Source: an uncultured delta proteobacterium (GTDB lineage Bacteria; Desulfobacterota; Binatia; Binatales; Binataceae). From it: 64,000 nt of DNA. The DNA is taken from the NCBI GenBank assembly GCA_963808235.1, contig CAWEEQ010000004.1:3744001-3808000 (forward strand), in the 5' to 3' direction. The notes under the pieces are model-generated. The model had not been told where the DNA came from. It saw only the letters and a program-made list of their open reading frames with translations, and did not search any database. Positions 49,650-60,334 of the stretch are shown here, in pieces. Position numbers and translations under genes: made by a program. Every line of letters starts with the position of its first letter. The stretch's first letter is position 1.

Positions 49650-50771
49650 ATGCGATCGATGGGACTTGTTGCTGCGGAGAAGGCGTTGGCTGGGACGAAG
49701 TTGTTGTCGAATCGTATAGGACGGTCAATTGCCGCGATTACGCTGGCAATGGCGCTGGGCTTTGCGGCTCCGCTCAACGCGCGGGCCGAGACCGAATTGC
49801 CGTTCCCCCGTCCCGCCTCGATTGAACCCAACATAAAATTCTGGGTCGATGTCTTTACCGCATATTCGGATCGCGATTTCATCGTGGTCGATCGCGACAA
49901 CGTCTGGCGCACTTACCAGGTGTACCATTTGCCGGGCGAAGGTCAGCCGACGCGCGAAGATATCGAGTGGGCGAACTCTTACCTCAAGATAAAGTACGCT
50001 GACATCCTGAATCGGCTCGCATCGGGGCGTGATCCTTCGGACGACGAAGAACGCCGAGTCGCCGCGATGTTCAAGGGCGAGCCGGCGGGCGCCTATGCTA
50101 CAGCCGCGCAGAATTTGCGCGTGCAGGAGGGATTGCGCGAGCAGTTCCACGAAGGTCTGCTGCGCAGCCGCTACTATCGTCCGACGATGGAACGGATTTT
50201 TCGCACCGCCGGAGTTCCGCCGGAACTGGTGACGCTCGCGCACGTCGAGTCGGGCTTCTACGGCGGCTCGCGATCGAGCGCCGGCGCGGTGGGAATCTGG
50301 CAATTCACGCGTGACACCGGCAAGCACTACATGAAGATCACGCGCTATCACGACGATCGCCTGAATCCGGACCGCGAGACCATGGCTGCCGCCAAGCTGC
50401 TTCGGTCCAACTACGACACGCTCGGCGACTGGCCGCTTGCGATCACCGCTTACAATTACGGGACCGGCGGAGTGGCGCGCGCCGCGGGGATTTACGGCGG
50501 CGACTACTCAGAGATGGTTCAGCACTATCAGGGGCCGCATTTCGGATTCGCAGTGAAGAACTACTACTCGGAGTTCCTGGCGGCGATGCAAGTGCATCGC
50601 TACGAGGACAAGTATTTCCCGGGTATCGAGGACGAAGCCTCCATTCGGCCGGCGCCGATCAAGACTGATTTTCCGCGACCCAGGCATTCCACGAAGTCGC
50701 ACACGTCACATCTTCGCCACGTCTCCGCGAAGACCCATCATTCGAAAAAGACCGTCGCTCAGAAGACCTGA
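49650..50771 (+). CDS. Lytic transglycosylase (SLT/MltD-like); start uncertain
   Basis: HVESGF..SSAGAVGIWQF, WPLAITAYNYG, FGFAVKNYY. Confidence 0.88.
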   Translation: MRSMGLVAAEKALAGTKLLSNRIGRSIAAITLAMALGFAAPLNARAETELPFPRPASIEPNIKFWVDVFTAYSDRDFIVVDRDNVWRTYQVYHLPGEGQPTREDIEWANSYLKIKYADILNRLASGRDPSDDEERRVAAMFKGEPAGAYATAAQNLRVQEGLREQFHEGLLRSRYYRPTMERIFRTAGVPPELVTLAHVESGFYGGSRSSAGAVGIWQFTRDTGKHYMKITRYHDDRLNPDRETMAAAKLLRSNYDTLGDWPLAITAYNYGTGGVARAAGIYGGDYSEMVQHYQGPHFGFAVKNYYSEFLAAMQVHRYEDKYFPGIEDEASIRPAPIKTDFPRPRHSTKSHTSHLRHVSAKTHHSKKTVAQKT

Positions 50772-50781
50772 GCCCCGTTGC

Positions 50782-51456
50782 TCACGCTCGCGAACTTGCT
50801 TCCGCGACCTTGGTGTGCGGACTGATCGCGCGGTAGCTGGGACGGTCGCGCAACCGCTTCAGGTACGCGTCGACTTTCGGGAACGCGTCGAGCTTCATCG
50901 CGTCGACCTCGAGCACCATCGCGAGCGCCATCATCGGCACGTCGGCCAGCGAAAATTCTCCGCACGCATAAGCGCCGGTGCCGGATTTGCCGAGCACCCG
51001 TTCGAGGAAGGGCAGATCGCGCGAGCGTAAAAGCTCGCGGCCCTTTTCCATCGCCTCGGCGTTACGCTTGGCGGGCTCGCTCCAATACGCCATCCAGATG
51101 AGCGGGACGCTTCCGATCAGCATCGCTTCGTCGGCGAAATTTTCGATCTCGCGAACACGCATCCTAAGCGTAGGATCGGAGGGCATTAGGCGCGGCGGTC
51201 CGTAGCGCTCTTCGAGGTACTCGTCGATCACGGTCGAATCGAAAATAGTGAGCTCGCCGTCTTCGAGGTAAGGAACCTTGCCGAGCGGATGCTTCGCCAG
51301 CATCTCGGGCGGCTTCTTCCACAGATTTCCGGGCGGCAGGTTCTCGATTCGATACGCGAGACTTTTTTCTTCGAGCACGACTTTGGTTTTGCACGCGTGC
51401 GTCGAGCGCAGCGTGCCCCAGGGATAATCACGCTCGGTAGTGTAGAGAATGATCAC
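50782..51456 (-). CDS. Glutathione S-transferase family protein
   Basis: AAGGAG RBS; HPLGKVPYL..FDSTVIDEYL, FSLADV, RPSY. Confidence 0.88.
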   Translation of the reverse strand: MIILYTTERDYPWGTLRSTHACKTKVVLEEKSLAYRIENLPPGNLWKKPPEMLAKHPLGKVPYLEDGELTIFDSTVIDEYLEERYGPPRLMPSDPTLRMRVREIENFADEAMLIGSVPLIWMAYWSEPAKRNAEAMEKGRELLRSRDLPFLERVLGKSGTGAYACGEFSLADVPMMALAMVLEVDAMKLDAFPKVDAYLKRLRDRPSYRAISPHTKVAEASSRA

Positions 51457-51577
51457 GGCGCAACTCCTTTGGTTCGGGACTCATGGCGGCGAGTGTAACA
51501 TCGGCTCGACCGCGCCGGTCAATCTATCGCATCTAATCGCGCGCGCGGGGAACCTGCCTCTGTTATCGTTTCAATAG

Positions 51578-54538
51578 ATGCAGCGCCGGTCCGTACAATC
51601 TTCGGAATTGACGGTTCTCGCCGATCGCTTGAAACGGCGGCTGGGGAATTTTCGCCTCGCCGAACAAGCGCTCGCGGCGGTCACCAGGCGCGCGCCGGAC
51701 GAGAGGCTGGCGCTCGCATTTTTGCTCAAACTCGCTGAGGATTCCGCACGAGAGCTGAAAAGTGTCCTGCGCGATCGCGCCGCTGGAGAAGACCTGATCT
51801 TTTGCCTCGGTTCGTCGGAACTGGTCGCTACCGAACTGTCCTCGGCAAAAACGCGATGGGACGAACTGTTCCTAGATGCGCGCGCCGCAACCATGGATGG
51901 GCTGCTTGCGGCCATGCGGCAAGACAGGCCTGCGCACGACGCGCCGGATCGCCAGCGCGCCGCCGCAGAGTTGGGCCAATACATGCGCCGGATGCGGGTG
52001 CGGGTCGCGATTGCCGATTTGCTCGATCGGATCGGCGTCGCGGACACGGCGCGCGCGATGTCGGAGCTCGGGGACGAATGTATCCGCATGGCGTTCGCTC
52101 TTGCGACTCGTTTTCTCGGCGAGCGCGCGGCTGAGGTCGGCCGCTTTTGCGTGCTCGCGATGGGCAAGCTCGGGGCGCGCGAGCTTAACCTGAGCTCGGA
52201 TGTCGATCTGATTTATCTTCACGAACCGTCAGGCTCTCCCGACGGAACCGAGGCCGCGGCCCGCCTCGGCGAATGGTTCACCGAGATTTTGTCCGCCGGA
52301 TGTTTCCGAATAGACCTGCGGCTTCGACCGGGCGGCCGTTTCGCATCGCTAGTCACTCCGGTCGAAGGCGCGATCGGGTATTACCAGAGCCTCGGTCAGA
52401 CTTGGGAACGCGCGGCGCTGCTGCGCGCGCGGCCGGTCGCCGGTGCGCTCGAAATCGGGCACCGATTGCTCGCCGACCTTGGCCACTTCGTATTTCGAAG
52501 CTACCTGGACTTCGATACTCTGCGCGATTTGCGCGCGATGAAGCGGCAGATCGAAGCCGAACTGCGAACGCCCGCGATGATCGAACGCAACATCAAGCTC
52601 GGCCGCGGCGGAATTCGCGAACTCGAGTTTATCGTGCAGGCGCTGACGCTGATTTACGGCGGACGCGATCGGCGGCTTCGCGTCGGCGGGACCTTCGACG
52701 CGCTCAAGATACTCGATTCGCTCGAATACCTCCCGTCTTCGCGGGCGCACGAGCTTGCCGACGCGTACCTGTTCCTGCGCGACGTCGAGCACAAGCTGCA
52801 AGTCGTCGCCGGCCTGCAGACGCATGTGATCCCGGCTGGCGACAGCGCGATACGAGCACTTGCGACGCGGATGGGTTTCGGCAAGGAGGCGCGAGCGCTC
52901 GAGGAATTCAGCGCGCAGCTTGAATCTCATCGCGCGCTGATCGCGACGCAGTTCCGCGAAACTCTTGCCGGCGGCGAAGAACAATCTATCCGCTGGGTTT
53001 CCGATGCCGCCGAGCTGGCCTGGAATTCGGCTTACGATTCCGAAGCCGCGGCCCCCTACCTGGGCGAGCTCGGCTTCGCGCGGCCAAACGAAAGCGCTCG
53101 CCATCTCGAGCTGCTCGCGAGAGGTCCGTCGCACGCTCCGACCAGTCCGCGGCGGCGTGAATTGCTGGAGCGGCTCGGACCGGTCCTCCTCGATGAAATC
53201 AGTCCGCTTCCAGACCCCGACCTGGCGCTGATGAATCTTGCCGAGTTTATCGCCGCGATTGGCGCGCGCACTTCGTTCCTGGCCCTCCTCGAACAGCATC
53301 CCGCGACGCGCCGAATCCTGCTCCGCCTGTTTGCGTCGAGCGCATATCTTTCGACAATTTTTATCCACCATCCCGATATGCTCGACACGCTGGTGCGCTC
53401 GGACCTGGTCCGGGTGCGGCGCGAACGCGTCGAGCTTCGTGCGGAAATCGCGGGACAGATGGCGGCGAGTCCGGATTTCGAGAGCAAGCTCGACGCATTG
53501 CGCGCGTTCCGGCATCAGGAGTTTCTGCGCATCGCAATTGCCGACCTGGCAGGCGATCTTGAACTCTTCGAGGTCGAACGCGAGCTTACTTACCTCGCCG
53601 AGACCGTGCTCGACGAGGCGATGGCGCTCGCGCGGGTTCAGATCGAGGCGCGTTTCGAGATTCCTGGAACGATGCGCCTGTGCGCGATCGCGATGGGCCG
53701 GCTGGGTGCGGGCGAGATGTCGTATAACTCCGACCTTGATCTGATTTTCGTTTACGACGATCGCGCCGAGGTGGCCGCAGGGAGCCGCGAGATCGCGTCG
53801 CGAATCACGCAGAAGCTGATCGCGATACTCGAATCAAGAACGCGCGAGGGATACGCGTACAAGCTCGATCTGCGGCTTCGTCCGTCGGGCAACGCGGGTC
53901 CGCTGGTCACGTCGTTGCAAGGCTTTCGCGACTATCATCGGCAAAGCTCGGCGGTTTGGGAGCGGCAGGCGCTGGTGCGCGCGCGGGTGATAACCGGAGA
54001 TCCGGAACTCAGCCGCGAAGTCGAAGCTACGCGCGAGGAATTCGTTTTCGGGCGCGGGCTCAGCCGGGCGCAAGTTGCGGAGATCGCGGCGATGCGCACG
54101 CGGATGGAGAACGAGATCGGCGCCGAGGACAAGTCGCGGCTCAATATCAAGCAGGGCCACGGCGGCTTGGTGGACGTGGAGTTCCTGGCGCAGATGATGG
54201 CGCTGCGTCACGGCTATCGCAGCAGCGAGCTGCGCGCGCGCGACACGATGGGACTTCTGAACGCGCTCGACAAGCTTCATTTTCTCGCGCATGCCGACGC
54301 GATTACTCTTGAAGACGATTTCCGGTTTCTCTCGCGGCTCGAAAATCGGCTCAGAATAGAGAGCGACCAGCCCGCGTGGGCGCTGCCAACCTCGCCCGCG
54401 GCGCTCAGACCGCTCGCGCGCCGGATGGGATTCGAAGGCGCGGACGCCGCAGCCCGCCTGCTCGCCGAACTCGAGACGCGCCGCAACCGAATCCGCCAGA
54501 TCTTCGAGCGCTACTTCGCCGCCGAGCTTGCAGACTGA
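51578..54538 (+). CDS. glnE: Bifunctional glutamine synthetase adenylyltransferase/adenylyl-removing enzyme
   Basis: Two NTase domains: MGKLGARELNLSSDVDL and MGRLGAGEMSYNSDLDL; DLRLRP twice; KLGRGGIRELEF. Confidence 0.95.
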   Translation: MQRRSVQSSELTVLADRLKRRLGNFRLAEQALAAVTRRAPDERLALAFLLKLAEDSARELKSVLRDRAAGEDLIFCLGSSELVATELSSAKTRWDELFLDARAATMDGLLAAMRQDRPAHDAPDRQRAAAELGQYMRRMRVRVAIADLLDRIGVADTARAMSELGDECIRMAFALATRFLGERAAEVGRFCVLAMGKLGARELNLSSDVDLIYLHEPSGSPDGTEAAARLGEWFTEILSAGCFRIDLRLRPGGRFASLVTPVEGAIGYYQSLGQTWERAALLRARPVAGALEIGHRLLADLGHFVFRSYLDFDTLRDLRAMKRQIEAELRTPAMIERNIKLGRGGIRELEFIVQALTLIYGGRDRRLRVGGTFDALKILDSLEYLPSSRAHELADAYLFLRDVEHKLQVVAGLQTHVIPAGDSAIRALATRMGFGKEARALEEFSAQLESHRALIATQFRETLAGGEEQSIRWVSDAAELAWNSAYDSEAAAPYLGELGFARPNESARHLELLARGPSHAPTSPRRRELLERLGPVLLDEISPLPDPDLALMNLAEFIAAIGARTSFLALLEQHPATRRILLRLFASSAYLSTIFIHHPDMLDTLVRSDLVRVRRERVELRAEIAGQMAASPDFESKLDALRAFRHQEFLRIAIADLAGDLELFEVERELTYLAETVLDEAMALARVQIEARFEIPGTMRLCAIAMGRLGAGEMSYNSDLDLIFVYDDRAEVAAGSREIASRITQKLIAILESRTREGYAYKLDLRLRPSGNAGPLVTSLQGFRDYHRQSSAVWERQALVRARVITGDPELSREVEATREEFVFGRGLSRAQVAEIAAMRTRMENEIGAEDKSRLNIKQGHGGLVDVEFLAQMMALRHGYRSSELRARDTMGLLNALDKLHFLAHADAITLEDDFRFLSRLENRLRIESDQPAWALPTSPAALRPLARRMGFEGADAAARLLAELETRRNRIRQIFERYFAAELAD

Positions 54539-54561
54539 GGACCGGCGCGCGCCATGCGAGC

Positions 54562-56715
54562 TCACTCGAAATCCAGCTTCACTCCTGCCAGGAATGTGAC
54601 CGGCGGCGCCTTGAAGCCGAACGCCTCCGAATAATTGCGGTCAATCGCATTTGTTACGCGCGCGAAAACTTCCTCGTTGTGCACGAAGTTGAGCGGCGCG
54701 CCGAGCGCGTACGACGCAACCACATCAACGCGATGATACGCGTCGTGGTTGGCGATGGTGCCTTCAGGCGTGATGTCGTCACGATCGCCCACGAATATGT
54801 AGTTCACGCTGGCGGTGATTCGATCGCGCGGAAGAAAACTACCGCTGCGCACGTATTGCAACAGCACCGACGCCGAATGCTTTGGCACCCGCAGCGGACG
54901 CGGCGGCGTCAAAAACGCTTTTTTGAAATTGAGCGGCGCGTCTTTGTGCGTCTCGTCGAGCACGGTCACATTGCCGCCAAACGTCAGCCCCTTGACGATC
55001 GTAACTTGCGGCACGATCTCGATCCCCTGCACGTCCACGCGCGCGGCGTTACCCGCCTCCGAGCCGAATGCGCAACTGGTTGGATTCGTTTTGCATGGCA
55101 CGGTGACGATCAAATCGTGCACGCGGCGCGAAAAGTAGGTGGCGGTAAATGACGCCATCTCGCCGAAGGTGGTCGTAAAGCCGCCGTCGTACTCGCTCGA
55201 TGTTTCGGGCTGCAGATTCGGATTGCCGAAGCCGGGAAAGTCGAGTTCGTTGAACGAGGGCGCGCGAAAGCCTTCGCTATAGCTGCCGCGCAGCGTCGTC
55301 GAGATTTTGTCGATCGGAATCGCGACCGACCACGACGGGCTTACCTCTTTGCCGAACTGGCTGTTGCCATCCACGCGAAACCCGCCGGTCGCGAGCAGAT
55401 GCCCGTCGAATAAGCTCGCCTCCTGCTCGAGGTATCCGGCGTACTCCTGGCGGCGCGCGCTGAAATTCGTGGTCGAAAGCCCGAAACCTGGAGTCACGCT
55501 CGCGCCGAAGTCGCGAACCCATCGATCCTTGAAATCAAAACCCGCCAGCGTGCGAAAGCCCTTCGCCCAGGACGACTCACTTCGCGACCAGGTGTACACC
55601 GCGTTCAGCTCGCCGCCGCGAACCTCGTCGGGAATGCGATCCACCTCGCTGCCCGCAAAGCCGGCGAACGGAACCTCGTTGATGCGAATATCGTCGCGCA
55701 CGAAGAATGCGTTCGCGGTCGCGACGAACTGATCGCTGAAATGATGTTCGATCGCGCCATTGAAGAGCATGAATTCGTGACGCTGATGCGCGGTCGGGTT
55801 GTCGACAATCGGGGGAAAGTTCGATATCGAAAAATGCGACAGGCTTACGTTGGAGCGGAAGTAGCGCGCAAACCCGCGGATGATCGTGTCGTCGGTCAGG
55901 TGATAGTCGAGTCGGACATTTCCGGCCAGATTGTCCGAGCTGTCATTGTTGTGCCGGTAGCCCTCAGTCGAGAAGTACGACAGCGCACCCGAGTAATCGA
56001 GCTTTCCTTCCGCACCGCCGAACGTTGCGACCTGCCGGTTGCTCGCGTGATTGCCGCCCTCGGAAAGTAGACTCGCTTTCGGTGCGCCCTCGCCCTCCGG
56101 CGAAATGAGCTGGACCACGCCGCCGATCGCCTGCGAACCATACAGCGATCCGCCGGCGCCGCGCAGAACCTCGACGCGGTCAAGATTGTCGGTGGTCAGG
56201 TTCGCAAAATCGAAGCTGCCGGTCGCACCCGCGTTAACCTCGACGCCATCGACCAGCACCAGCGTCTGCGATGCAGTCGCGCCGCGAATCGATACATCGG
56301 TCTCGGCACCGGGTGAGCCGGTTTGCGTAACCTGCACGCCGGGCACTTCACGCAGAACATCTTCGACCTTGTCGATTTTCTGCGCTTCGATTTGCGGGCC
56401 TTCGACCACCGTGATCGTGGTGCCGATCTCCGAGATCGGCTGCTCGATTTTGGTCGCCGTCACGACGACCGGATTGAGCTTTTGCGCCTGCTCTTTCGGT
56501 GTCGCCGGATTGCCCGATGTGCTCTTCGTGTTTGCAGACGGCGTCTGCGCGGACGGTTTTTGCGCTGCGGAGTTCTTCCCGCTCGCCGAAGGAGTAGCGG
56601 CGGCTTGCGGGGGCGTCGATGCCGACTGATCCGCGCGCGCGACCGGACCAAGCATCAGTGTGATAACGATCGTCGCCAAGATCGTCGGGATGACTCGATG
56701 AAATATTTGCCGCAT
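54562..56715 (-). CDS. btuB: TonB-dependent receptor, probable corrinoid (B12) transporter
   Basis: GGAGGGAG RBS; VVVTATK TonB-box region, plug (VEVLRG..SLYGSQAIGGV), GFRAP, NLQPE; downstream of a cobalamin riboswitch. Confidence 0.85.
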   Translation of the reverse strand: MRQIFHRVIPTILATIVITLMLGPVARADQSASTPPQAAATPSASGKNSAAQKPSAQTPSANTKSTSGNPATPKEQAQKLNPVVVTATKIEQPISEIGTTITVVEGPQIEAQKIDKVEDVLREVPGVQVTQTGSPGAETDVSIRGATASQTLVLVDGVEVNAGATGSFDFANLTTDNLDRVEVLRGAGGSLYGSQAIGGVVQLISPEGEGAPKASLLSEGGNHASNRQVATFGGAEGKLDYSGALSYFSTEGYRHNNDSSDNLAGNVRLDYHLTDDTIIRGFARYFRSNVSLSHFSISNFPPIVDNPTAHQRHEFMLFNGAIEHHFSDQFVATANAFFVRDDIRINEVPFAGFAGSEVDRIPDEVRGGELNAVYTWSRSESSWAKGFRTLAGFDFKDRWVRDFGASVTPGFGLSTTNFSARRQEYAGYLEQEASLFDGHLLATGGFRVDGNSQFGKEVSPSWSVAIPIDKISTTLRGSYSEGFRAPSFNELDFPGFGNPNLQPETSSEYDGGFTTTFGEMASFTATYFSRRVHDLIVTVPCKTNPTSCAFGSEAGNAARVDVQGIEIVPQVTIVKGLTFGGNVTVLDETHKDAPLNFKKAFLTPPRPLRVPKHSASVLLQYVRSGSFLPRDRITASVNYIFVGDRDDITPEGTIANHDAYHRVDVVASYALGAPLNFVHNEEVFARVTNAIDRNYSEAFGFKAPPVTFLAGVKLDFE

Positions 56716-56773
56716 GAACTCCCTCCGAGTTCGTTCGGCTGCCGGCGCGCGAGCGGGAGCGATCAGGCGTTTC

Positions 56774-56814
56774 AAGAAAAAGCCCCATCCCTCGCGTATC
56801 GAAGGATCGGGCTT
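56774..56814 (-). terminator. Attenuator hairpin in the riboswitch expression platform
   Basis: Minus strand AAGCCCGATCCTTCG..CGAGGGATGGGGCTT followed by TTTCTT, between the aptamer and the btuB start. Confidence 0.65.
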
Positions 56815-56862
56815 CAGGAAATCCGTGCCTGAGGCCACCCTCCCCGCGGAAGGCAGACAGTT

Positions 56863-57005
56863 AGTGACCCGGCCGGTCTCCTGGCTTGGGGTTCGTCCTT
56901 GGGCCCGCCTTCCCGCCTAAGCGGTGGCATCGTGGGCCTTCGTCCCCCCACACAGTTGCGGGGCAGCGCCGGATTTCAACCGGCTTCCCGAGCACCGGGT
57001 GCGGC
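56863..57005 (-). ncRNA. Cobalamin riboswitch
   Basis: Minus strand GGGAAGCCGGTTGAAATCCGGCGCTGCCCCGCAACTGTG ... GGGAAGG ... AAGCCAGGAGACCGGCC (B12 box). Confidence 0.92.
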
Positions 57006-57104
57006 CAGAACGTTACGCGGGGCACTGTGCGTAGTCAACCTCCGCTGGCGCATCGGAAAATTTTCGTCACGTCCGATGCGATCGTGTACGCTGGGATGAT
57101 TCGC

Positions 57105-57620
57105 ATGGCTCCGATCACGCTAATCACCGGCGGCGCGCGCAGCGGCAAGAGTACTCATGCGCTCAAGCTCGCGGCAGCGTATCGCCGAAAATTTTTCGTC
57201 GCGACCGCGCAGGCGCTCGATGATGAGATGACGGCGCGGATCGAGTTCCATCGCGAAACCCGTCCGTCGGAATTCCAGACCGTCGAGGAGCCGGTGCAGG
57301 TCGTGGCAGCGATGGAACGGCTCAAGGAACGCGCCGACGTCGTGGTGCTTGATTGCCTGACCCTGTGGATTTCCAACCTGATGCAGCTACACGACCAGGA
57401 TGATCCGATCCTGGCCGATGCAGACCGGCTCGCGCAAATTCTGAAGGGCTCAGCGTTCGCGAGTATCGTTGTGAGCGACGAAGTGGGATGGGGCGTCGTG
57501 CCGGACCATCCGATGGGCCGTCGCTTTCGTGACTTGCTCGGATGGACCAATCAGAAAATCGCGTCGGTGGCTGATGACGTGGTGCTGATGGTCGCCGGCT
57601 ATCCGATCAAAGTGAAGTGA
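57105..57620 (+). CDS. cobU: Adenosylcobinamide kinase/phosphate guanylyltransferase
   Basis: ITGGARSGKS, DDEMTARI..H, LDCLTLWISN, FRDLLG..NQ. Confidence 0.93.
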   Translation: MAPITLITGGARSGKSTHALKLAAAYRRKFFVATAQALDDEMTARIEFHRETRPSEFQTVEEPVQVVAAMERLKERADVVVLDCLTLWISNLMQLHDQDDPILADADRLAQILKGSAFASIVVSDEVGWGVVPDHPMGRRFRDLLGWTNQKIASVADDVVLMVAGYPIKVK

Positions 57621-57629
57621 TCGTCAAGA

Positions 57630-58409
57630 TCATGACGACAGCGCAGCCAGCACCGCGACTTCCACCAGTTCGCTGCACGCGCCGATAAGATCGCCAGTCA
57701 CCCCGCCGAGCCATCGTTTGTAAAACGATCGCATCGCGATAACGACCACGGCCGCCACGATCAGTGCCTTGGCGCCGCGGAATTTTGCCGCCAGCACAAA
57801 AATGATCGGCAAGATGAAAACGAGTTTGCGCCGCGGCCAGCGTTCAGTGTTTGCAAGCAACGTCGATCCTGCTCCGTCGATGCGCAAGTAGTCGATTCGA
57901 CGCCCGACCAGGACCATCGCATAGCGCGCGAGACCGGGCGCAAGTATCAGCGCAAAGTACCGGGCCTGTCCCGCGAGTGTCGAGAGCGCGAGAATTTTGA
58001 GGATCAGATCGAAGAAAATCGCGATCGCGCCGAATGTGCCGACTCGGCTGTCGCGCAAGATCTCGAGTGCGCGCTCGCGATCTCGTCCCGCACCAAGCGC
58101 GTCCGCGGTGTCGGCCAATCCGTCAAGATGGACCGCGCCGGTGATCACGACGAGCGACAGGACGACGAGCACCGAGCGCATCACCTGGCCGAATGCATAA
58201 GACAAGATCACGTCCTCGCCGCATAACGCGAAGCCGAGCATGAATCCGACAATAGGGAACCACTCGAACGACGCCGCAACCGCATCTTCCGACGCGCGGT
58301 TATTGTCTATTACCGGGATGATGGTGAGAAAGCCGACGGCGAGCGACAGCTCGGCGAAAAATCCAGACGCAGGTGTGACGTCGATCGAGCGGTTCGCGTC
58401 GTCGCTCAT
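57630..58409 (-). CDS. cobS: Adenosylcobinamide-GDP ribazoletransferase
   Basis: FLTIIP, TGAVHLDGLADTAD, DSRVGTFG, GGVTGDLIGA. Confidence 0.93.
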   Translation of the reverse strand: MSDDANRSIDVTPASGFFAELSLAVGFLTIIPVIDNNRASEDAVAASFEWFPIVGFMLGFALCGEDVILSYAFGQVMRSVLVVLSLVVITGAVHLDGLADTADALGAGRDRERALEILRDSRVGTFGAIAIFFDLILKILALSTLAGQARYFALILAPGLARYAMVLVGRRIDYLRIDGAGSTLLANTERWPRRKLVFILPIIFVLAAKFRGAKALIVAAVVVIAMRSFYKRWLGGVTGDLIGACSELVEVAVLAALSS

Positions 58410-59470
58410 CGAAGCTTGCCCGTCACGCCGGCGCTCGCAAAGGTCGCCATGTTCTTGAACAGATCGAGCGCCGCTTCGATCACATTCATCGCCAGCGCAG
58501 CGCCGGATCCCTCGCCGAGTCTCAAATCGAGATCGAGTATCGGGCGCACCTTAAGATGCTCCAGCGCGAGCGCGTGGCCGCCTTCCGCCGAACGATGACT
58601 GAACAGCAGGTGTTGGCACGATCCGGGATGAATTTGTTCGGCGATTGCGGACGCAGCGGTCGCGATAAAGCCGTCGACGACCACCGGAACATTGAGCGCC
58701 GCTCCGCCAAGGCATACTCCGGCCATCGCGGCAATCTCGAAACCGCCCAGCGCCGCGAGCATCGACATGCCGTTACCGAGCGCGTCGCGATGAAGCTCGA
58801 GCGCGCGAACGACTACCTCAGTCTTGCGGCGCACGCCAACGTCGTCGAGGCCGGTGCCTCGGCCAACCATCGCGTCCGGCGCGATATGAGTGATCGCGGA
58901 GAGGATCGCGGCGGCCGATGTGCTGTTCGCGATTCCCATCTCGCCGATGCCGATCAGAGTTGTGCCGCTCCGAGCGAGATCGCGCGCCACTTCGATTCCA
59001 ACTTCGAGCGCGCGCGTCGTTTCGGCGGGCGTCATCGCGGGGCCGCGGGCGAAGTTGGCGGTGCCGGCACCGACGCGTCTATAGGTCACTCCCGCGAGTG
59101 GGGTCGCGCTGGTGTCGATCTTCACGCCGACATCGATCACCTTGAGCGCGTAGCCGAAGCGCCTCGCGAGCACGCTGATCGCGGCGCCACCAGCCGCGAT
59201 GTTGCGCAGCATCTCGGCGGTCACGGCCTGCGGATACGCGCTGACGCCTTCGTCGGCGATGCCATGATCACTGACAAACACCGCGATTGCTCCGCGGCCC
59301 ATCTGCGCCGAGCCGTCGCGGCGGATCGCGGCATAGCGGCGCACGAGTTCCTCGAGATAGCCGAGACTGCCGACCGGCTTGGTGAGCGAGTTGAGACGTT
59401 GGTCTGCGATGCGCGCGCTCTGTTTGTCGAGCGGCGCGATGGCCGCGAGCGTTTCTTTCAGGAGTGACAT
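58406..59470 (-). CDS. cobT: Nicotinate-nucleotide-dimethylbenzimidazole phosphoribosyltransferase
   Basis: LTKPVGSLG, DHG..GVSAYP, GEMGIANST, LRLGEGSGA. Confidence 0.95.
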   Translation of the reverse strand: MSLLKETLAAIAPLDKQSARIADQRLNSLTKPVGSLGYLEELVRRYAAIRRDGSAQMGRGAIAVFVSDHGIADEGVSAYPQAVTAEMLRNIAAGGAAISVLARRFGYALKVIDVGVKIDTSATPLAGVTYRRVGAGTANFARGPAMTPAETTRALEVGIEVARDLARSGTTLIGIGEMGIANSTSAAAILSAITHIAPDAMVGRGTGLDDVGVRRKTEVVVRALELHRDALGNGMSMLAALGGFEIAAMAGVCLGGAALNVPVVVDGFIATAASAIAEQIHPGSCQHLLFSHRSAEGGHALALEHLKVRPILDLDLRLGEGSGAALAMNVIEAALDLFKNMATFASAGVTGKLR

Positions 59471-59473
59471 GGG

Positions 59474-60253
59474 TCAACGGCGCGACGGTGGATCGTCGGG
59501 CGAGTCCTCGGGAAAGATCGCGAGCCAGATCGACGGATCCTCGATTTTTTCCTTCAGCTTATCGTCCGAGGTCCCTGCGCCGCTCCAGGTGTCGAAGTGA
59601 ATGAGCGAGCGCGGCGGTAATCGCTCCGCCCATTGCGCACTCGCGAGCACCGGCCGATCAGGAAAATCGCGCACGTAGCCGATACAAAGATATGCGACCG
59701 GGATCGCGTCATCGGGAATCCCGAAAATATCCGCGAGCGCATCGTTGCGCAGGATACTCACCCATCCGACGCCGAGACCTTCCGCGCGTGCCGCGAGCCA
59801 TAGATTTTCAACTGCGAGACAGGCCGAATAGATCTCAACGTCGCGGATGCTCGTCTTGCCGAGCACTGCCGGACCGAACCGCTCTGGGGTGCACGTCACG
59901 ATCAGATTGATCGGCGCCTCGAGGATGCCTTCGAGCTTGAGCGAGAGAAACTTCTCGCGGCGAGCGCCGGTGAACTGCGCGGCATTCTTCGCGCGCTCAG
60001 TTTCGAAGATTTCCTTGACCCGTCGACGCGCCTCGACGCTGCGCACCACGACAAAGTCCCAAGGCTGGGTGAATCCGACGCTCGCGGCATGATGCGCTGC
60101 GATGAGCACTCGGGCCAGCGCGTCGTCGGGGATCGGATCGGCGGTGAACTCGCGGATGTCGCGGCGGCGGAAGATCGCCTCGTAGAGCCCGCGCTTCAGC
60201 GCGTCAGCAAATTCATTGCGATCGCGAGGCGAGGATTTTGCCGGCGAGGTCAT
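59474..60253 (-). CDS. bluB: 5,6-dimethylbenzimidazole synthase
   Basis: RRDIR.F, ASVGFTQPW, LKLEGI.EAP, NLWLAARAEGLGVGWVS. Confidence 0.92.
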   Translation of the reverse strand: MTSPAKSSPRDRNEFADALKRGLYEAIFRRRDIREFTADPIPDDALARVLIAAHHAASVGFTQPWDFVVVRSVEARRRVKEIFETERAKNAAQFTGARREKFLSLKLEGILEAPINLIVTCTPERFGPAVLGKTSIRDVEIYSACLAVENLWLAARAEGLGVGWVSILRNDALADIFGIPDDAIPVAYLCIGYVRDFPDRPVLASAQWAERLPPRSLIHFDTWSGAGTSDDKLKEKIEDPSIWLAIFPEDSPDDPPSRR

Positions 60254-60334
60254 CGCAGAATTCAGGAGAAAAAAATGAAAGAGGAGGACGGGGGCCAACG
60301 CGGCGGCTGCGCCCGCCCTCCAAATCGTTACGGC

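Noticed and set aside
56716-57104. Upstream extensions of the btuB and cobU ORFs
   Set aside because: They run through the riboswitch and attenuator; the conserved proteins start at 56715 and ~57105.
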